Source of the DNA: Sphingomonadaceae bacterium
GTDB lineage: Bacteria > Chloroflexota > UBA6077
DNA length: 62,413 nucleotides
NCBI GenBank assembly: GCA_050261575.1
Contig: JBLNDL010000015.1
Coordinates: 1-62,413 of the forward strand
Reading direction: 5' to 3'
Shown here: positions 16,738 through 26,699 of the stretch, one piece after another
Layout: each line of letters starts with the position of its first letter
Position numbering within the stretch: position 1 is the first letter of the stretch
The notes under the pieces: generated by a model
Database searches by the model: none
What the model saw: only the letters and a program-made list of their open reading frames with translations
What the model was told of the DNA's origin: nothing
Program-made: the position numbers and the translations under genes

Positions 16738-17559
16738 TCAGCGTGCCGGCACCACCAGGGGCTGTCCCGCCCGCACGCTGGCGCCCTCCGCCAGCCCGTT
16801 TGCCCTCCTCAGATCCTCCACCGTCACCCCTAAGGAGGCGGCTATGGAGGAAAGGGTTTCCCCTTCCTTCACAGTATAGAGCCTCACCACCGGTGGGGCG
16901 GTGGCGCCGGGGACGGGGGTGGGCCCCGCGGTGGCGGCCGGCCGGACCGCCGTCTGAGTAGGGGGAACCCGGGTCGCCGTCGCTCTCGCGGGAGCCCGGG
17001 TCGCGGTGGCCGTCGCGGGGCCGCGCGTGGCGGTGGCGGGGGCCGACGTCGGCCGACCGGCCGATGCGGTGGTTCCCGTGGGAGTCGGGGATGGCGCTGG
17101 GCTCTCCGTCGGAGAGGGAGTCGCCTCGGGGGTGGCGGAGGCCGACGGGGCTGGCACGACCCCGGCGCCGGCCGGAGTGGCGGTCTCTGCGGCGGCAGGC
17201 ACCCTGTCGCCCTCCAGGGAGGCGGGAGCCATCCACGACCACGGTCTGAAAAGGATCAGCGCGACCGCGATTGCCAGGGCCAGCGCGACCAAGCCCAGCA
17301 GTCCACGCCCCCCGAAGGGGAGCGGGCCGCTCACCTGCCGGGGCTGCGCCAGCTCCAGGACGGGCACGAACCAACCGCAATCGGAGTAGCCGGCCAGGCA
17401 GAAGGACTCCTGCTGCCGGTCATCCACGGGCTGTGGCGTGGGCCATCGGAAGCAACGATGGGAAGGGGTAGGATGGGGACAGTGCAGCGAAGGGGCGCTG
17501 CCGAGCCCCAGGTAGGGACAGCAGTGGAGATCCTCGCTGTCGCTCTCTCGATCGTACAT
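16738..17559 (-). CDS. Membrane-anchored LysM domain protein with Cys/His-rich N-terminus
   Basis: C-terminal YTVKEGETLSSIA..G.....L..AN LysM, P/T/A linker, one TM helix, N-terminal CPYLG..H..HRC..FCL..C; start uncertain. Confidence 0.85.
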   Translation of the reverse strand: MYDRESDSEDLHCCPYLGLGSAPSLHCPHPTPSHRCFRWPTPQPVDDRQQESFCLAGYSDCGWFVPVLELAQPRQVSGPLPFGGRGLLGLVALALAIAVALILFRPWSWMAPASLEGDRVPAAAETATPAGAGVVPAPSASATPEATPSPTESPAPSPTPTGTTASAGRPTSAPATATRGPATATATRAPARATATRVPPTQTAVRPAATAGPTPVPGATAPPVVRLYTVKEGETLSSIAASLGVTVEDLRRANGLAEGASVRAGQPLVVPAR

Positions 17560-17563
17560 GGTT

Positions 17564-17606
17564 GTATGGTACTGGTTGACCCATATTGGGTCAACCAGTA
17601 CCATAC
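17564..17606. repeat. Perfect 20-bp inverted repeat
   Basis: GTATGGTACTGGTTGACCCA-TAT-TGGGTCAACCAGTACCATAC. Confidence 0.95.
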
Positions 17607-17609
17607 GGG

Positions 17610-18911
17610 TCAGGCGTAGAGGCCTCGCAGCTTCTTCGCCTCGGCCACCCGGCCCACCCCCAGGATGTAGGCTGCCATCCGCAGATCCACCTGGTGCCGC
17701 TCCGCCGTCTCCGCCACGTCCCGGAAGGCGGCCACCATCTTCTCCTCCAGACGATCCCGGACCTCGGACTCGCGCCAGAAGTAGCCGTGCCTATCCTGCA
17801 CCCACTCGAAGTAGCTCACCACCACCCCGCCCGCATTCGCCAGGATGTCCGGCACTACCTTGATCCCACGTTCCGCCAGGATCGCGTCCGCCTCAGGCGT
17901 CGTCGGCCCGTTCGCCCCCTCGAGCACCAGCTTCGCACGAACCTGCCCGGCGTTCCTCCCCGTAATCTGTCCCTCCAGCGCCGCAGGCAGCAGCACGTCG
18001 CACGGGCAGGCCAGCAACTGCTCGTTGCTGATCGCCTCGGCCCCCGGGAACCCTACCACAGACCGGGTCGCCTTCACGTGCTCGAGCAGGGCCGGCACGT
18101 CGATCCCGTTCTTGTTGTAGACGCCCCCCACCACGTCGCTCACGGCCACCACTCGGGCTCCGGCCTCGTACAGCAACCTCGCCGCACTCGACCCCACGTT
18201 GCCGAAGCCCTGTATCGCGAAGCTCGTCCCCACGAGGGCCTGGCCGTAGTACCGGAGCGCCTCCCGAGCAGTGTAGAGGAGCCCTCTTCCCGTCGCTTCC
18301 ACTCGCCCGGCCGACCCTCCAAGCCCCATCGGCTTGCCGGTGACCACCCCGGGCTCCACGAACCCCTTCTTCATGCTGAAGGTGTCCATGATCCAGGCCA
18401 TCACCTGCGAGTTCGTCCCGACATCAGGCGCCGGTATATCCAGGTTCGGCCCCAGAAGATCGAAGATCTCCGCAATGTACCGCCGAGTCAGCCGCTCCAA
18501 CTCCCGCTCCGACAGCGTGAAGGGATCGCACACGATGCCGCCCTTCGCGCCGCCGAAGGGCACGTCCACCACCCCGCACTTGAAGCTCATCCAGGCCGCA
18601 AGAGCCTTCACCTCGTCCAGGGTCACCCCGGGGTGATAGCGAACGCCCCCCTTGCCTGGGCCACGAGTGGTGTCGTGCAGCACACGGTAGCCCGTGAACA
18701 CCCTCGTCTCGCCCGAGTCCAGCCGGATCGGAAGCGAGACGACAACCTGCCGCTTCGGACTCTTGATCCGATCGATGATGCCAGGCTCGTACTCCAGATA
18801 GGCTGCTACCTTGTCGATGGTCTCGACCACGCTGTCGAAGGGATTGTATTGGCTTTGGCCGCAGGTAACTGGGGACCCAAGTCTCTCTGACACTGCCCTC
18901 TCGCCTTTCAT
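17610..18911 (-). CDS. gdhA: Glu/Leu/Phe/Val dehydrogenase (glutamate dehydrogenase)
   Basis: GPGKGGVRY, PFGGAKGG, DIPAPD, GFGNVG, EGANGP, ANAGGV.VSYFEWVQ; start 18911 or 18893. Confidence 0.95.
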   Translation of the reverse strand: MKGERAVSERLGSPVTCGQSQYNPFDSVVETIDKVAAYLEYEPGIIDRIKSPKRQVVVSLPIRLDSGETRVFTGYRVLHDTTRGPGKGGVRYHPGVTLDEVKALAAWMSFKCGVVDVPFGGAKGGIVCDPFTLSERELERLTRRYIAEIFDLLGPNLDIPAPDVGTNSQVMAWIMDTFSMKKGFVEPGVVTGKPMGLGGSAGRVEATGRGLLYTAREALRYYGQALVGTSFAIQGFGNVGSSAARLLYEAGARVVAVSDVVGGVYNKNGIDVPALLEHVKATRSVVGFPGAEAISNEQLLACPCDVLLPAALEGQITGRNAGQVRAKLVLEGANGPTTPEADAILAERGIKVVPDILANAGGVVVSYFEWVQDRHGYFWRESEVRDRLEEKMVAAFRDVAETAERHQVDLRMAAYILGVGRVAEAKKLRGLYA

Positions 18912-19076
18912 CAACAAGGCACCCCCTCGGTAGTTTGCAGGTGCGCGGACGGGCGCCCCGCATAAGCTCATTATAGCGCCGCTTCGCTCGCCGCGGTCGA
19001 TTTTTCACACTTCTTTCATTGTCCTGGTTTCCGGGCATATAACCTGCTCAGCGGGAGCCAATACATGGGCTTTTGA

Positions 19077-19105
19077 TTGAATGACCTGTCGACGGGTGTT
19101 AGAAT
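19077..19105 (+). promoter_or_regulatory. Sigma70-type promoter for the HNH gene
   Basis: TTGAAT-17 nt-TAGAAT with TGn extension. Confidence 0.6.
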
Positions 19106-19149
19106 GAGAGTGGCAGTGGAGTTAGCACACTGTTGGGGGTAGACACACA

Positions 19150-19662
19150 ATGGAGTCTGTCTTAGTTCTCAACCAAAACTACGAGCCGCTGAACATCTGC
19201 AACACCCGACGGGCCCTGGTCCTGCTCGACGGGGGAAAAGCGGAAGTGCTGGAGCATGGCACGGGCGGCATCCGGACTCCCTCCCGTCTCTTTCCCAAGC
19301 CCTCGGTGATCCGCCTGGTCTACCTGATCAAGCGGCCCCGCCCCCGGGTCAAGCTCTCCAGGCGAGAGATCTTCCACCGGGACAACTATACCTGCCAGTA
19401 TTGTGGAACCAAGAGCAAGGAGTTGACCATCGACCACGTCGTGCCTCGCCATCGGGGAGGCAAGCATAGCTGGGAGAATCTGGTCAGCGCCTGCCGTAGC
19501 TGCAACCACCGCAAGGGGGGCAAGACCCTGGAGGAGAGCAAGATGAAGCTGCTTCGGCTGCCCTTCGAGCCGAAGAACAACAGCTTCTACATCCTGTACC
19601 AGCACCTCCAGAGCTACGAGAGTTGGGCCAAGTTCGTCCCCGAGTGGGAGGAACGAGCCTAG
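19150..19662 (+). CDS. HNH endonuclease (McrA-like, VLVLN..YEPL family)
   Basis: RD.Y.CQYCG, LTIDHVVP...GG..SWENLV.AC..CN..KG. Confidence 0.92.
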   Translation: MESVLVLNQNYEPLNICNTRRALVLLDGGKAEVLEHGTGGIRTPSRLFPKPSVIRLVYLIKRPRPRVKLSRREIFHRDNYTCQYCGTKSKELTIDHVVPRHRGGKHSWENLVSACRSCNHRKGGKTLEESKMKLLRLPFEPKNNSFYILYQHLQSYESWAKFVPEWEERA

Positions 19663-20318
19663 GCACCTATCAGGGCCTTCCGCAACTCCGGCTCTCGCTC
19701 CGGCCGGCACAGGGCGATCACCTCGTCTCCCTCCTCCAGGCCAAGCTGACCCGAGGGAATGAGGAAGGAGCCTCCCCGGATCACGGCGGCGATGGAGGAT
19801 TCCGAAGGTAGCGACAGGTCGCTGATCCTCTTGCCGATCCCCCGCGCCCCCTCGGTAAGGATCGCCTCCACTATCTCCACCTCCGGATGCCTTATGGCCA
19901 GCAGATGGATCAATGCCCTCCTCGGCATCTCGTGCTCGATCATCGACATCAGTATGTTCGTGGCGCTCACCGTGACATCGATCCCCAGCAATCGGAAGAT
20001 GTGCTCGTTCTTGGGGTTGTTCACCCGAGCGATGGTTCTGGGCACGCCGAAGTGGGTCTTGGCCAACTGGCAGGAGACGAGATTGTCCTCGTCGTCCCCG
20101 GTCACCGACACCAGCACGTCCGCCCTCCCCACACCCGCTTCCTGGAGGATCGCCACCTCGCAGCCGTCCCCCTTCAGCACCACGTTCCCCAGCTCCTCGA
20201 CGATCCGGTCAGCCCGATCCGGGTTCCGCTCGATCACGAGCGCCTCGTGGCCCTCTTCCAGCAACTCTTTAGTGAGGTAGTAGCCAACCTTCCCCCCGCC
20301 AACAACCACGATGTACAT
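19659..20318 (-). CDS. trkA: TrkA-family K+ uptake regulatory protein (RCK_N+RCK_C)
   Basis: VVGGGKVG Rossmann fold, TGDDEDNL, IARVNNP.N. Confidence 0.9.
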   Translation of the reverse strand: MYIVVVGGGKVGYYLTKELLEEGHEALVIERNPDRADRIVEELGNVVLKGDGCEVAILQEAGVGRADVLVSVTGDDEDNLVSCQLAKTHFGVPRTIARVNNPKNEHIFRLLGIDVTVSATNILMSMIEHEMPRRALIHLLAIRHPEVEIVEAILTEGARGIGKRISDLSLPSESSIAAVIRGGSFLIPSGQLGLEEGDEVIALCRPEREPELRKALIGA

Positions 20319-20723
20319 CTATTCCTTCCCCAAGATCATCTCGTGAAGCAGGCGAGCCCCCACCAACGTCGGGCAGTAGGTCTTCAGCCCGAGCCGCTCA
20401 TACACCTCGGCCCGCCCGGGATCGTAGGTCCTCGCGATCACCGTCGGCACGTTGAACACCTTCTGCGCGATCTGCGCCGACATGATGTTCCGGTTGTCGC
20501 CCTCGGTGGTGGCCACGAAGACGTCGGCCTCCTCGACACCGGCACGCCTCAGCACGTCCTCGTCGATGCCGGTGCCAAGCACCGTGTTCCCTCGGAAGTC
20601 CTGCCGAAGCCGGCGGAAGGACCTGGCGTTGAGGTCGACCACCGTCACGTCGTGCCCCTCCGCGTCCAGCACGTTGGCCAGCCTGCTGCCCACACGGCCG
20701 CACCCCATGATGATTACCTTCAT
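20319..20723 (-). CDS. TrkA-family RCK_N-only protein
   Basis: MKVIIMGCGRVG, GDNRNIM.AQ, IAR.YDP.R; lacks RCK_C. Confidence 0.88.
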   Translation of the reverse strand: MKVIIMGCGRVGSRLANVLDAEGHDVTVVDLNARSFRRLRQDFRGNTVLGTGIDEDVLRRAGVEEADVFVATTEGDNRNIMSAQIAQKVFNVPTVIARTYDPGRAEVYERLGLKTYCPTLVGARLLHEMILGKE

Positions 20724-20880
20724 TCCTCGGTTTCTCCTCCCAACTCCAGGAGAGCCCAACAGGGATCACCCGCAGATGCACGTCGATACTCTCGGATGCT
20801 GATCCAGCAGGCATCCTTCTGCGTCGATCTGTCACATCTGTGGGTCTGTTGCGGTTTCTTGGTGGTCCCACGGAAGCGGT

Positions 20881-21306
20881 TCACTGGATCGGCTCTCGCA
20901 AGACGCACACCCTGCAGAGGGCGTTCTTCAGGATATGCATCACCGTACCGCCCAGGTAGAACTGATCGTACTGCTTCCTGTACCGTAACCCCACCACGAT
21001 GAGGTCGACATTCCGCCGCTCCGCCTCTTCCACGATGGCCGTCCCGGCGTCCCGGGCCTGCAGCAACTCCGTCTCGATCTCCTGCTTGCATCCGCGGGCC
21101 GCCGTCTCCGCCCTGCGCAGGATCTGCTCGCCCTTCTCCACCTCCGCCGGCAGGTCGGTCTCCAGGGGTAGCGCCCGCTTCACTTCGATGACGTGGACGG
21201 CATAGAGCTTGGCTCGGTTCCGCTTCGCCAGGTCGCATGCGAAACCCACGATCTCCTCGTCGAGGGAGCCACCGCCAACCGGAACCAGTATCCTGCTCGG
21301 GTTCAT
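20881..21306 (-). CDS. Universal stress protein (USP)
   Basis: RILVPV.G, AIVEEA....DLIVVG, LG.TV..ILKNA.C.V. Confidence 0.9.
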   Translation of the reverse strand: MNPSRILVPVGGGSLDEEIVGFACDLAKRNRAKLYAVHVIEVKRALPLETDLPAEVEKGEQILRRAETAARGCKQEIETELLQARDAGTAIVEEAERRNVDLIVVGLRYRKQYDQFYLGGTVMHILKNALCRVCVLREPIQ

Positions 21307-21711
21307 CAACTCTCTACCTCTCGATGCCCAGCAACGTCGGTCTCTCCAGGCGGACACTCACGCCAGGGATCCACTCTCATTGATCGGCGCATTCTAATCC
21401 CGCCCACCACCCCAGTCAAAGGGTGATGCCTGCATACTGCTTGCCATGACCATCGTCCCCCCGCCTGATCGGGAAGCCGGCCTCGGTCTTCCGCCTTCAG
21501 ACTCCACTCCAAGGCACACGACGGTGATCATGCTCTCCGCAACTGGACTTCCATCAAGGGCCGCTCAACGGACTCTCGACGACTTAGCATCCATCTTGCA
21601 CAGTCGACCATCCGTGGAAAGCGGCAACATCTGCGCTGCACTGTTGCGGCGAATCCTCAGTAGTACTATGATGCGCCCTTGCCACATTTGGCCATCCAGG
21701 AAGGTCGGCTC

Positions 21712-23139
21712 ATGGCCACTACCCCAGGCAGACCGGTTCGCAGACCTTGGGAGCAGGTGCTCCGGGTTCCCCTCGCCCCGCCCGAGAAGGTGGCGATCGA
21801 ACGGTATCGCCCCCCAAAGCCCCCGGCCAGGGGCCCGGTTCTACTAGCCCTAGGCTTCGCCGTAACCATCCTGGTGGGGTCGCTGTTGCTCTCACTCCCC
21901 ATAGCCAACCGCGAGGGCGTGATCACCCCCTACGTCACTGCGCTGTTCACCGCCACCTCGGCCGTCTGCGTGACTGGGCTGGTAGTGGTGGACACTGGGA
22001 CCTACTGGAGCCCGTTCGGGCAGGCCGTCATCCTGGGGTTGATCCAGGTGGGGGGGCTGGGCTTCATGACCAGTTCCACCATCCTGCTGCTGCTGATCGG
22101 CCGCCGGGTGAGCCTCAGGGAGCGGATTCTGCTCCGCGAAGCCCATGGGGTGACCCCGCTCGGCGGGATACTGAGGCTGACCCGGCAGGTCGTGCTGATG
22201 ACCCTGATCATCGAGGGGATCGGGGCCACCATCCTGTTCCTCAGGTTTCTCTTCGAGTTTCCTCCGGATCGGGCCCTGTGGATGGGGGTCTTCCACTTCG
22301 TCTCCGCGTTCAACAACGCCGGCTTCGATCTGTTCGGTGGGTTCCGATCGCTGACGATCTACAACCAAGACCCAGTGGTGATCCTGACCATCGCCTTCGG
22401 TATCATCCTGGGGGGGATCAGCTTCACGGTGATCCTGGACACCACGCGCCAGCGCAGCTTCCGCAACCTGCTGCTGGACACCAAGATGGTGCTGGTAACC
22501 ACGGCGGCCCTACTGCTGGTGGGCACCCTCACGATACTGGTCATGGAATACGACAACCCCGCCACCCTCGGCCCCATGGACCTGCCCACCAAGCTGCTCA
22601 ACGCATTCTTCGCCGCGGTCACCCCGCGAACCGCGGGCTACAACAGCATCAGTGTGGCTGAAATGACCAAATCCGGGCTGTTCCTGACCATCGCGCTGAT
22701 GTACATCGGTGCCGCGTCGGGCTCCACCGGCGGAGGCATCAAGGTGAACACCTTCGCGGTGCTCACCGCCGCAGTGATATCCTCCATTAGGGGTCGGTCG
22801 GAGGCGACAGCCTTCGGGCGGGAGTTGCCTCAGGATTTCGTCTACAAGGCCCTCACGGTAGCGCTGCTGGCCTTGGGCCTGGTGTTCGGGGTCACGCTCG
22901 TGCTCAGCCTGTGGGAGCCCTTCCAGTTGTTGCAACTGCTGTTCGAGGCCACTTCAGCCTTCGGCACCGTGGGGCTCACAATGGGCATCACCCCGAATCT
23001 CTCCCTGGGAGGAAAGCTGCTGATAGCCGCGACCATGTACGTCGGTCGGGTGGGCCCCCTGACGGTAGCCCTGGCGCTGGCCCAGATCGAGAAACCCGTT
23101 CGCTACCGCTACCCTGAGGGCCGAATCAAGATAGGATAG
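21712..23139 (+). CDS. trkH: TrkH/KtrB potassium uptake permease
   Basis: TSAVCVTGL, QVGGLGFM, SAFNNAGF, RTAGY, STGGGIK, SAFGTVGL pore motifs. Confidence 0.95.
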   Translation: MATTPGRPVRRPWEQVLRVPLAPPEKVAIERYRPPKPPARGPVLLALGFAVTILVGSLLLSLPIANREGVITPYVTALFTATSAVCVTGLVVVDTGTYWSPFGQAVILGLIQVGGLGFMTSSTILLLLIGRRVSLRERILLREAHGVTPLGGILRLTRQVVLMTLIIEGIGATILFLRFLFEFPPDRALWMGVFHFVSAFNNAGFDLFGGFRSLTIYNQDPVVILTIAFGIILGGISFTVILDTTRQRSFRNLLLDTKMVLVTTAALLLVGTLTILVMEYDNPATLGPMDLPTKLLNAFFAAVTPRTAGYNSISVAEMTKSGLFLTIALMYIGAASGSTGGGIKVNTFAVLTAAVISSIRGRSEATAFGRELPQDFVYKALTVALLALGLVFGVTLVLSLWEPFQLLQLLFEATSAFGTVGLTMGITPNLSLGGKLLIAATMYVGRVGPLTVALALAQIEKPVRYRYPEGRIKIG

Positions 23140-23148
23140 GTGAGACAC

Positions 23149-23802
23149 ATGGCCAAGAAGCAGGTGGTGGTAATCGGACTCGGGCGATTCGGGAGTAGCC
23201 TCGCCCGGACACTGTTCGAGAGAGGCCACGAGGTGCTGGGGCTGGACGCGGATCTGAAGCGGGTGGAAGATGCCGCCGAGTTCACAACCCAGGCCGCTCA
23301 GGTGGATGCCACCGACGAGGAGGCCCTCAGAGAGATGGGGGTGCGCAACTTCGACATCGGGGTGGTCGCCATCGGCACAGACCTGAAGAGCAGCATCCTG
23401 GTGACGATGCTGCTGAAAAGGCTGGGGATGAAGATGGTCGTCTCCAAGGCCATGGACGACCTACACGGGGAGATCCTGCAGCGGGTGGGCGCCGATAGGG
23501 TGGTGTTCCCGGAGCGGGAAACGGGAGTCCGGTTGGCCCACGCCCTCACCACTCCCAACCTGGTGGACTACCTGGAGGTGATGCCGGGCTACGGCATCGC
23601 AAAGCTGGTGGTTCCCGCTGCCTTGGGCGGCAAGGAACTGGGGCAACTGGATCTGAAGGCGACCTTCGGCCTCACCACCCTCATCCTGCGACGAGGAGAC
23701 GAGCTGATCGTGAACCCCTCCCGCAGCGAGAATGTGAGAGAGGGGGACGTGCTGGTGCTGGCGGGTCGCGACCAGCAGTTGGAGGCGCTGAAGACGAGTT
23801 GA
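23149..23802 (+). CDS. trkA: TrkA/KtrA regulatory subunit
   Basis: VIGLGRFG, H..IL..VGAD.VVFPERE.G. Confidence 0.93.
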   Translation: MAKKQVVVIGLGRFGSSLARTLFERGHEVLGLDADLKRVEDAAEFTTQAAQVDATDEEALREMGVRNFDIGVVAIGTDLKSSILVTMLLKRLGMKMVVSKAMDDLHGEILQRVGADRVVFPERETGVRLAHALTTPNLVDYLEVMPGYGIAKLVVPAALGGKELGQLDLKATFGLTTLILRRGDELIVNPSRSENVREGDVLVLAGRDQQLEALKTS

Positions 23803-23887
23803 TTGCTCGCCTGCTGATGGCTGGCGGCTCCGCTGTGATACAATACCCCCGCGCGCCTCTCCCTGCACGCCGCCAAAGAGTGGGCAC

Positions 23888-24883
23888 ATGTGGCAAGTCA
23901 TCGGGCACGACCGCCCGGTCCGTCTGCTGCAGAACAGCATCGATGCCGGCCGGGTTTCCCATGCCTATCTTCTCTCGGGCCCCAGGAACACCGGCAAGCT
24001 GACACTGGCCAAGGAGTTCGCCAAGGCCCTGAACTGCCTGCAGCCCGAACCTCCTTGCGGGCAGTGCCTGTCCTGCCGGAAGATAGACCGCGGGGTTCAC
24101 CCCGACGTGCGGGTCGTCGAACTGGAGGAGGGCACCAAGAACATCAGCATCGACGCCGTCCGGGCGATCCAGGATGCGGTGGCGCTGCGCCCCGCGGAAG
24201 GTCGGGCGAAGGTCTACATCATCGAGGAGGCCGAACGGCTCTCCGAGCCCGCAGCCAACTCCATGCTGAAGACCCTGGAGGAACCGCCACCATCGGTGGT
24301 GCTGGTGCTGACCACCCAAGACGCCTCGCTGCTGCTGCCCACCCTGGTATCCCGGTGCCAGCAGATCGACCTCCATCCGGTGCCAAACGAGGCCATCGAG
24401 ACGGCCCTTCGCCGGCAGCCCGGAGTGGATCCCGCCCTCGCCCGATTGATCGCCGGACTCGCCCGCGGCCGGGTCGGCTGGGCCCTGAGGGCAGCCTCGA
24501 ACCCCGCGATGCTGAACCGGCGGGCGGAGTCGATGGAACGGCTGATCTCCCTTTCCGGAGCCGATCGAGTGACCCGCTTCGCCTACGCCGCGGAGTTGGC
24601 GACGCTTCACGGCCGCGACCCCGAGGCCGCCCGGTCGACCCTGGAGAGCTGGCAATCGTGGTGGCGGGATCTGCTGCTCGCCCGCTTGGGACTGGGCGAT
24701 CTGGTAGTCAACGCCGACCTGCACGATCGGCTGAGGCAGCAGGCTCACGGCTACTCGGTCGAGACCCTCAGCCGGATGGTGAAGGCGATCCAGGAGGCGA
24801 TCTCACTGCTGGCCCAGAACGTCAATGCCCGATTGGCCCTGGAGGTGCTGATGTTGGAGACCCCTCGGCCACAAGGTAGGTAA
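23888..24883 (+). CDS. holB: DNA polymerase III subunit delta'
   Basis: HAYL.SGP...GK, C..PCG.C.SC, HPD, AANS.LK.LEEPP, SRC; TGn-TACAAT promoter at 23836-23844. Confidence 0.95.
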   Translation: MWQVIGHDRPVRLLQNSIDAGRVSHAYLLSGPRNTGKLTLAKEFAKALNCLQPEPPCGQCLSCRKIDRGVHPDVRVVELEEGTKNISIDAVRAIQDAVALRPAEGRAKVYIIEEAERLSEPAANSMLKTLEEPPPSVVLVLTTQDASLLLPTLVSRCQQIDLHPVPNEAIETALRRQPGVDPALARLIAGLARGRVGWALRAASNPAMLNRRAESMERLISLSGADRVTRFAYAAELATLHGRDPEAARSTLESWQSWWRDLLLARLGLGDLVVNADLHDRLRQQAHGYSVETLSRMVKAIQEAISLLAQNVNARLALEVLMLETPRPQGR

Positions 24884-24890
24884 CGGAAGA

Positions 24891-25736
24891 ATGACTCGGA
24901 TCGTAGGAGTTCGATTCAAGAAGGCCGGCCGGATATACTACTTCGACCCCGGAGAGCACATCCTCGCCCAGGACGAGATGGTTATCGTCGAGACCGCCAA
25001 GGGCACGGAGCTGGGCAAGGTAGTGATCGCACCCACCGACGTGGTCGAGAGCGAGGTGACGGAACCGCTCAAGCCGGTGCTGCGAAAGGCCACCGCCGAG
25101 GACATCGACAGGCTCCACAGCTTCAAGTCCCGTGAGGCCGACGCCCTGGCCAAGTGCAGGGAGCGGGTCAAGCACTTCGATCTGCCGATGAAGCTGATCG
25201 CCGCGGAGTACAACTTCGACGGCAGCCGCCTCGTGTTCACCTTCACCGCCGAGGGCAGAGTCGACTTCCGCCAACTGGTGCGAGATCTGGCCAGCGTCTT
25301 CAGAACCCGCATCGAGTTGCGACAGGTGGGCGTGCGAGACGAGGCCAAACAGCTCACGGGCTACGGTCGTTGCGGCCGCCAGCTCTGCTGCAGCGCCTTC
25401 CTGGACGACTTCGCGTCGGTCTCCATCAAGATGGCCAAGGAGCAGGAGCTTCCCCTCAATCCCATGAAGATCTCGGGCCTTTGCGGCCGCCTCCTCTGCT
25501 GCCTGGGTTACGAGAACAAGGCATACTGCGAGCTTCGACAGGGGCTCCCTAAGGTCGGGGAGAGGGTGGCGACCCCCCAGGGCGAGGGCCGCGTGGTGGC
25601 GGTCAACGTGCTCAAGCAGGCCATCACGGTGGAGATCGAGGAGAGGGGTATCCAGGAGTTTTCCCCCGCGGAGATCTCCCGTCTGGCGGAGAAGGTCACC
25701 CCCCCCCAGGAGAAGCAGAAGCCTTCCAAGAAGTAG
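24891..25736 (+). CDS. ricT: RicT/YaaT (PSP1 domain) Fe-S regulatory protein
   Basis: GVRFK.AG.IYYF, RVDFR.LV.DLA, RIELRQ.GVRDEA, CGR.LCC, KISG.CGRL.CCL.YE. Confidence 0.93.
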   Translation: MTRIVGVRFKKAGRIYYFDPGEHILAQDEMVIVETAKGTELGKVVIAPTDVVESEVTEPLKPVLRKATAEDIDRLHSFKSREADALAKCRERVKHFDLPMKLIAAEYNFDGSRLVFTFTAEGRVDFRQLVRDLASVFRTRIELRQVGVRDEAKQLTGYGRCGRQLCCSAFLDDFASVSIKMAKEQELPLNPMKISGLCGRLLCCLGYENKAYCELRQGLPKVGERVATPQGEGRVVAVNVLKQAITVEIEERGIQEFSPAEISRLAEKVTPPQEKQKPSKK

Positions 25737-25744
25737 GAGACGCC

Positions 25745-26680
25745 GTGGCCGAGACCCAGCTCCCCGAGATCGTCGTGGTGGGCGCCAGTTGTGTGGATGT
25801 GAAGGCCCGCCCCCTCGCGCCAGTGCAGCCGGGCACCTCCAACCCGGCCCAAATCCGCCTCAGTCTGGGAGGATCCGGCAGGAACATCGCCGAGAACCTG
25901 GCTCGGCTCGGGGTCCAGGTTGCCCTCCTCTCGGTGGTGGGAAACGACCTGCTGGGCCAGAGGCTACTGGAGCACACGGCCGAGACCGGCGTGGATGTCA
26001 GCAGGATCATCGTGGCCGCCGATCGCACCACCGGCACTTACCTGGCCCTCTTCACCGAGGAGCCGCAGCAGGGCTTCGCCCTGGGCGACGTCTCGCAGTT
26101 GAGTCTGGCCACCCCCGAGTACCTGCGAACCCACGAGGGGCTCATCCAGCAAGCGCGTATGGTGATGATCGACGGCAACCTGGATCGGGAGACGGTGGCC
26201 GAGGTCCTCTCCCTGGCACGGGAGGCACACGTCCCCGTGGGGCTGGATCCGGCATCTGTGCACCGAGCCTACGCCCTGAGGCCGCACCTGGCCGAGTTCT
26301 CCATGGTCACACCCAACCGAGTCGAGGCCGAGGCTCTCCTCGACGTCTCCATTCGATCCGTCGCGGAGGCACAGCAGGCGGCCAGACAAATGGTCTCGCT
26401 GGGGGTGAACGTTGCCATCATAACCCTGGGCGAGAAGGGGCTGGTCTACGCCACCTCCGATGGCCACGGCAGGATCCCAGCCATCCGCTGCGACGTGGTG
26501 GACTGGACAGGGGCAGGAGACGCCCTGGCGGCCGCCGTCATCTACGCCCTCATCAACCAGATGCCGGTGGACGAGGGCATGCGGTTGGGTGTCGCGGCGG
26601 CCACGCTGACCCTCAGATCCCAGGAGAGCGTCAACCCCGAGATGAGCCTCGAGCAGCTCTATGCCAACATGGTGATCTAG
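25745..26680 (+). CDS. PfkB-family kinase (pseudouridine kinase-like)
   Basis: GGSGRNIAENLARLG, TPNR.EA, D.TGAGDA. Confidence 0.85.
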   Translation: MAETQLPEIVVVGASCVDVKARPLAPVQPGTSNPAQIRLSLGGSGRNIAENLARLGVQVALLSVVGNDLLGQRLLEHTAETGVDVSRIIVAADRTTGTYLALFTEEPQQGFALGDVSQLSLATPEYLRTHEGLIQQARMVMIDGNLDRETVAEVLSLAREAHVPVGLDPASVHRAYALRPHLAEFSMVTPNRVEAEALLDVSIRSVAEAQQAARQMVSLGVNVAIITLGEKGLVYATSDGHGRIPAIRCDVVDWTGAGDALAAAVIYALINQMPVDEGMRLGVAAATLTLRSQESVNPEMSLEQLYANMVI

Positions 26681-26699
26681 AGCGCCCAACGCAACCAAT

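Noticed and set aside
19150..19662. HNH nuclease as a defence or CRISPR-associated effector
   Set aside because: Common solitary family with no methylase, array or guide RNA nearby.
21360..21710. c-di-AMP (ydaO) riboswitch upstream of the K+ genes
   Set aside because: I could not find the conserved GCUGAAUCC and CCCG..CCGUCAGC elements on either strand.
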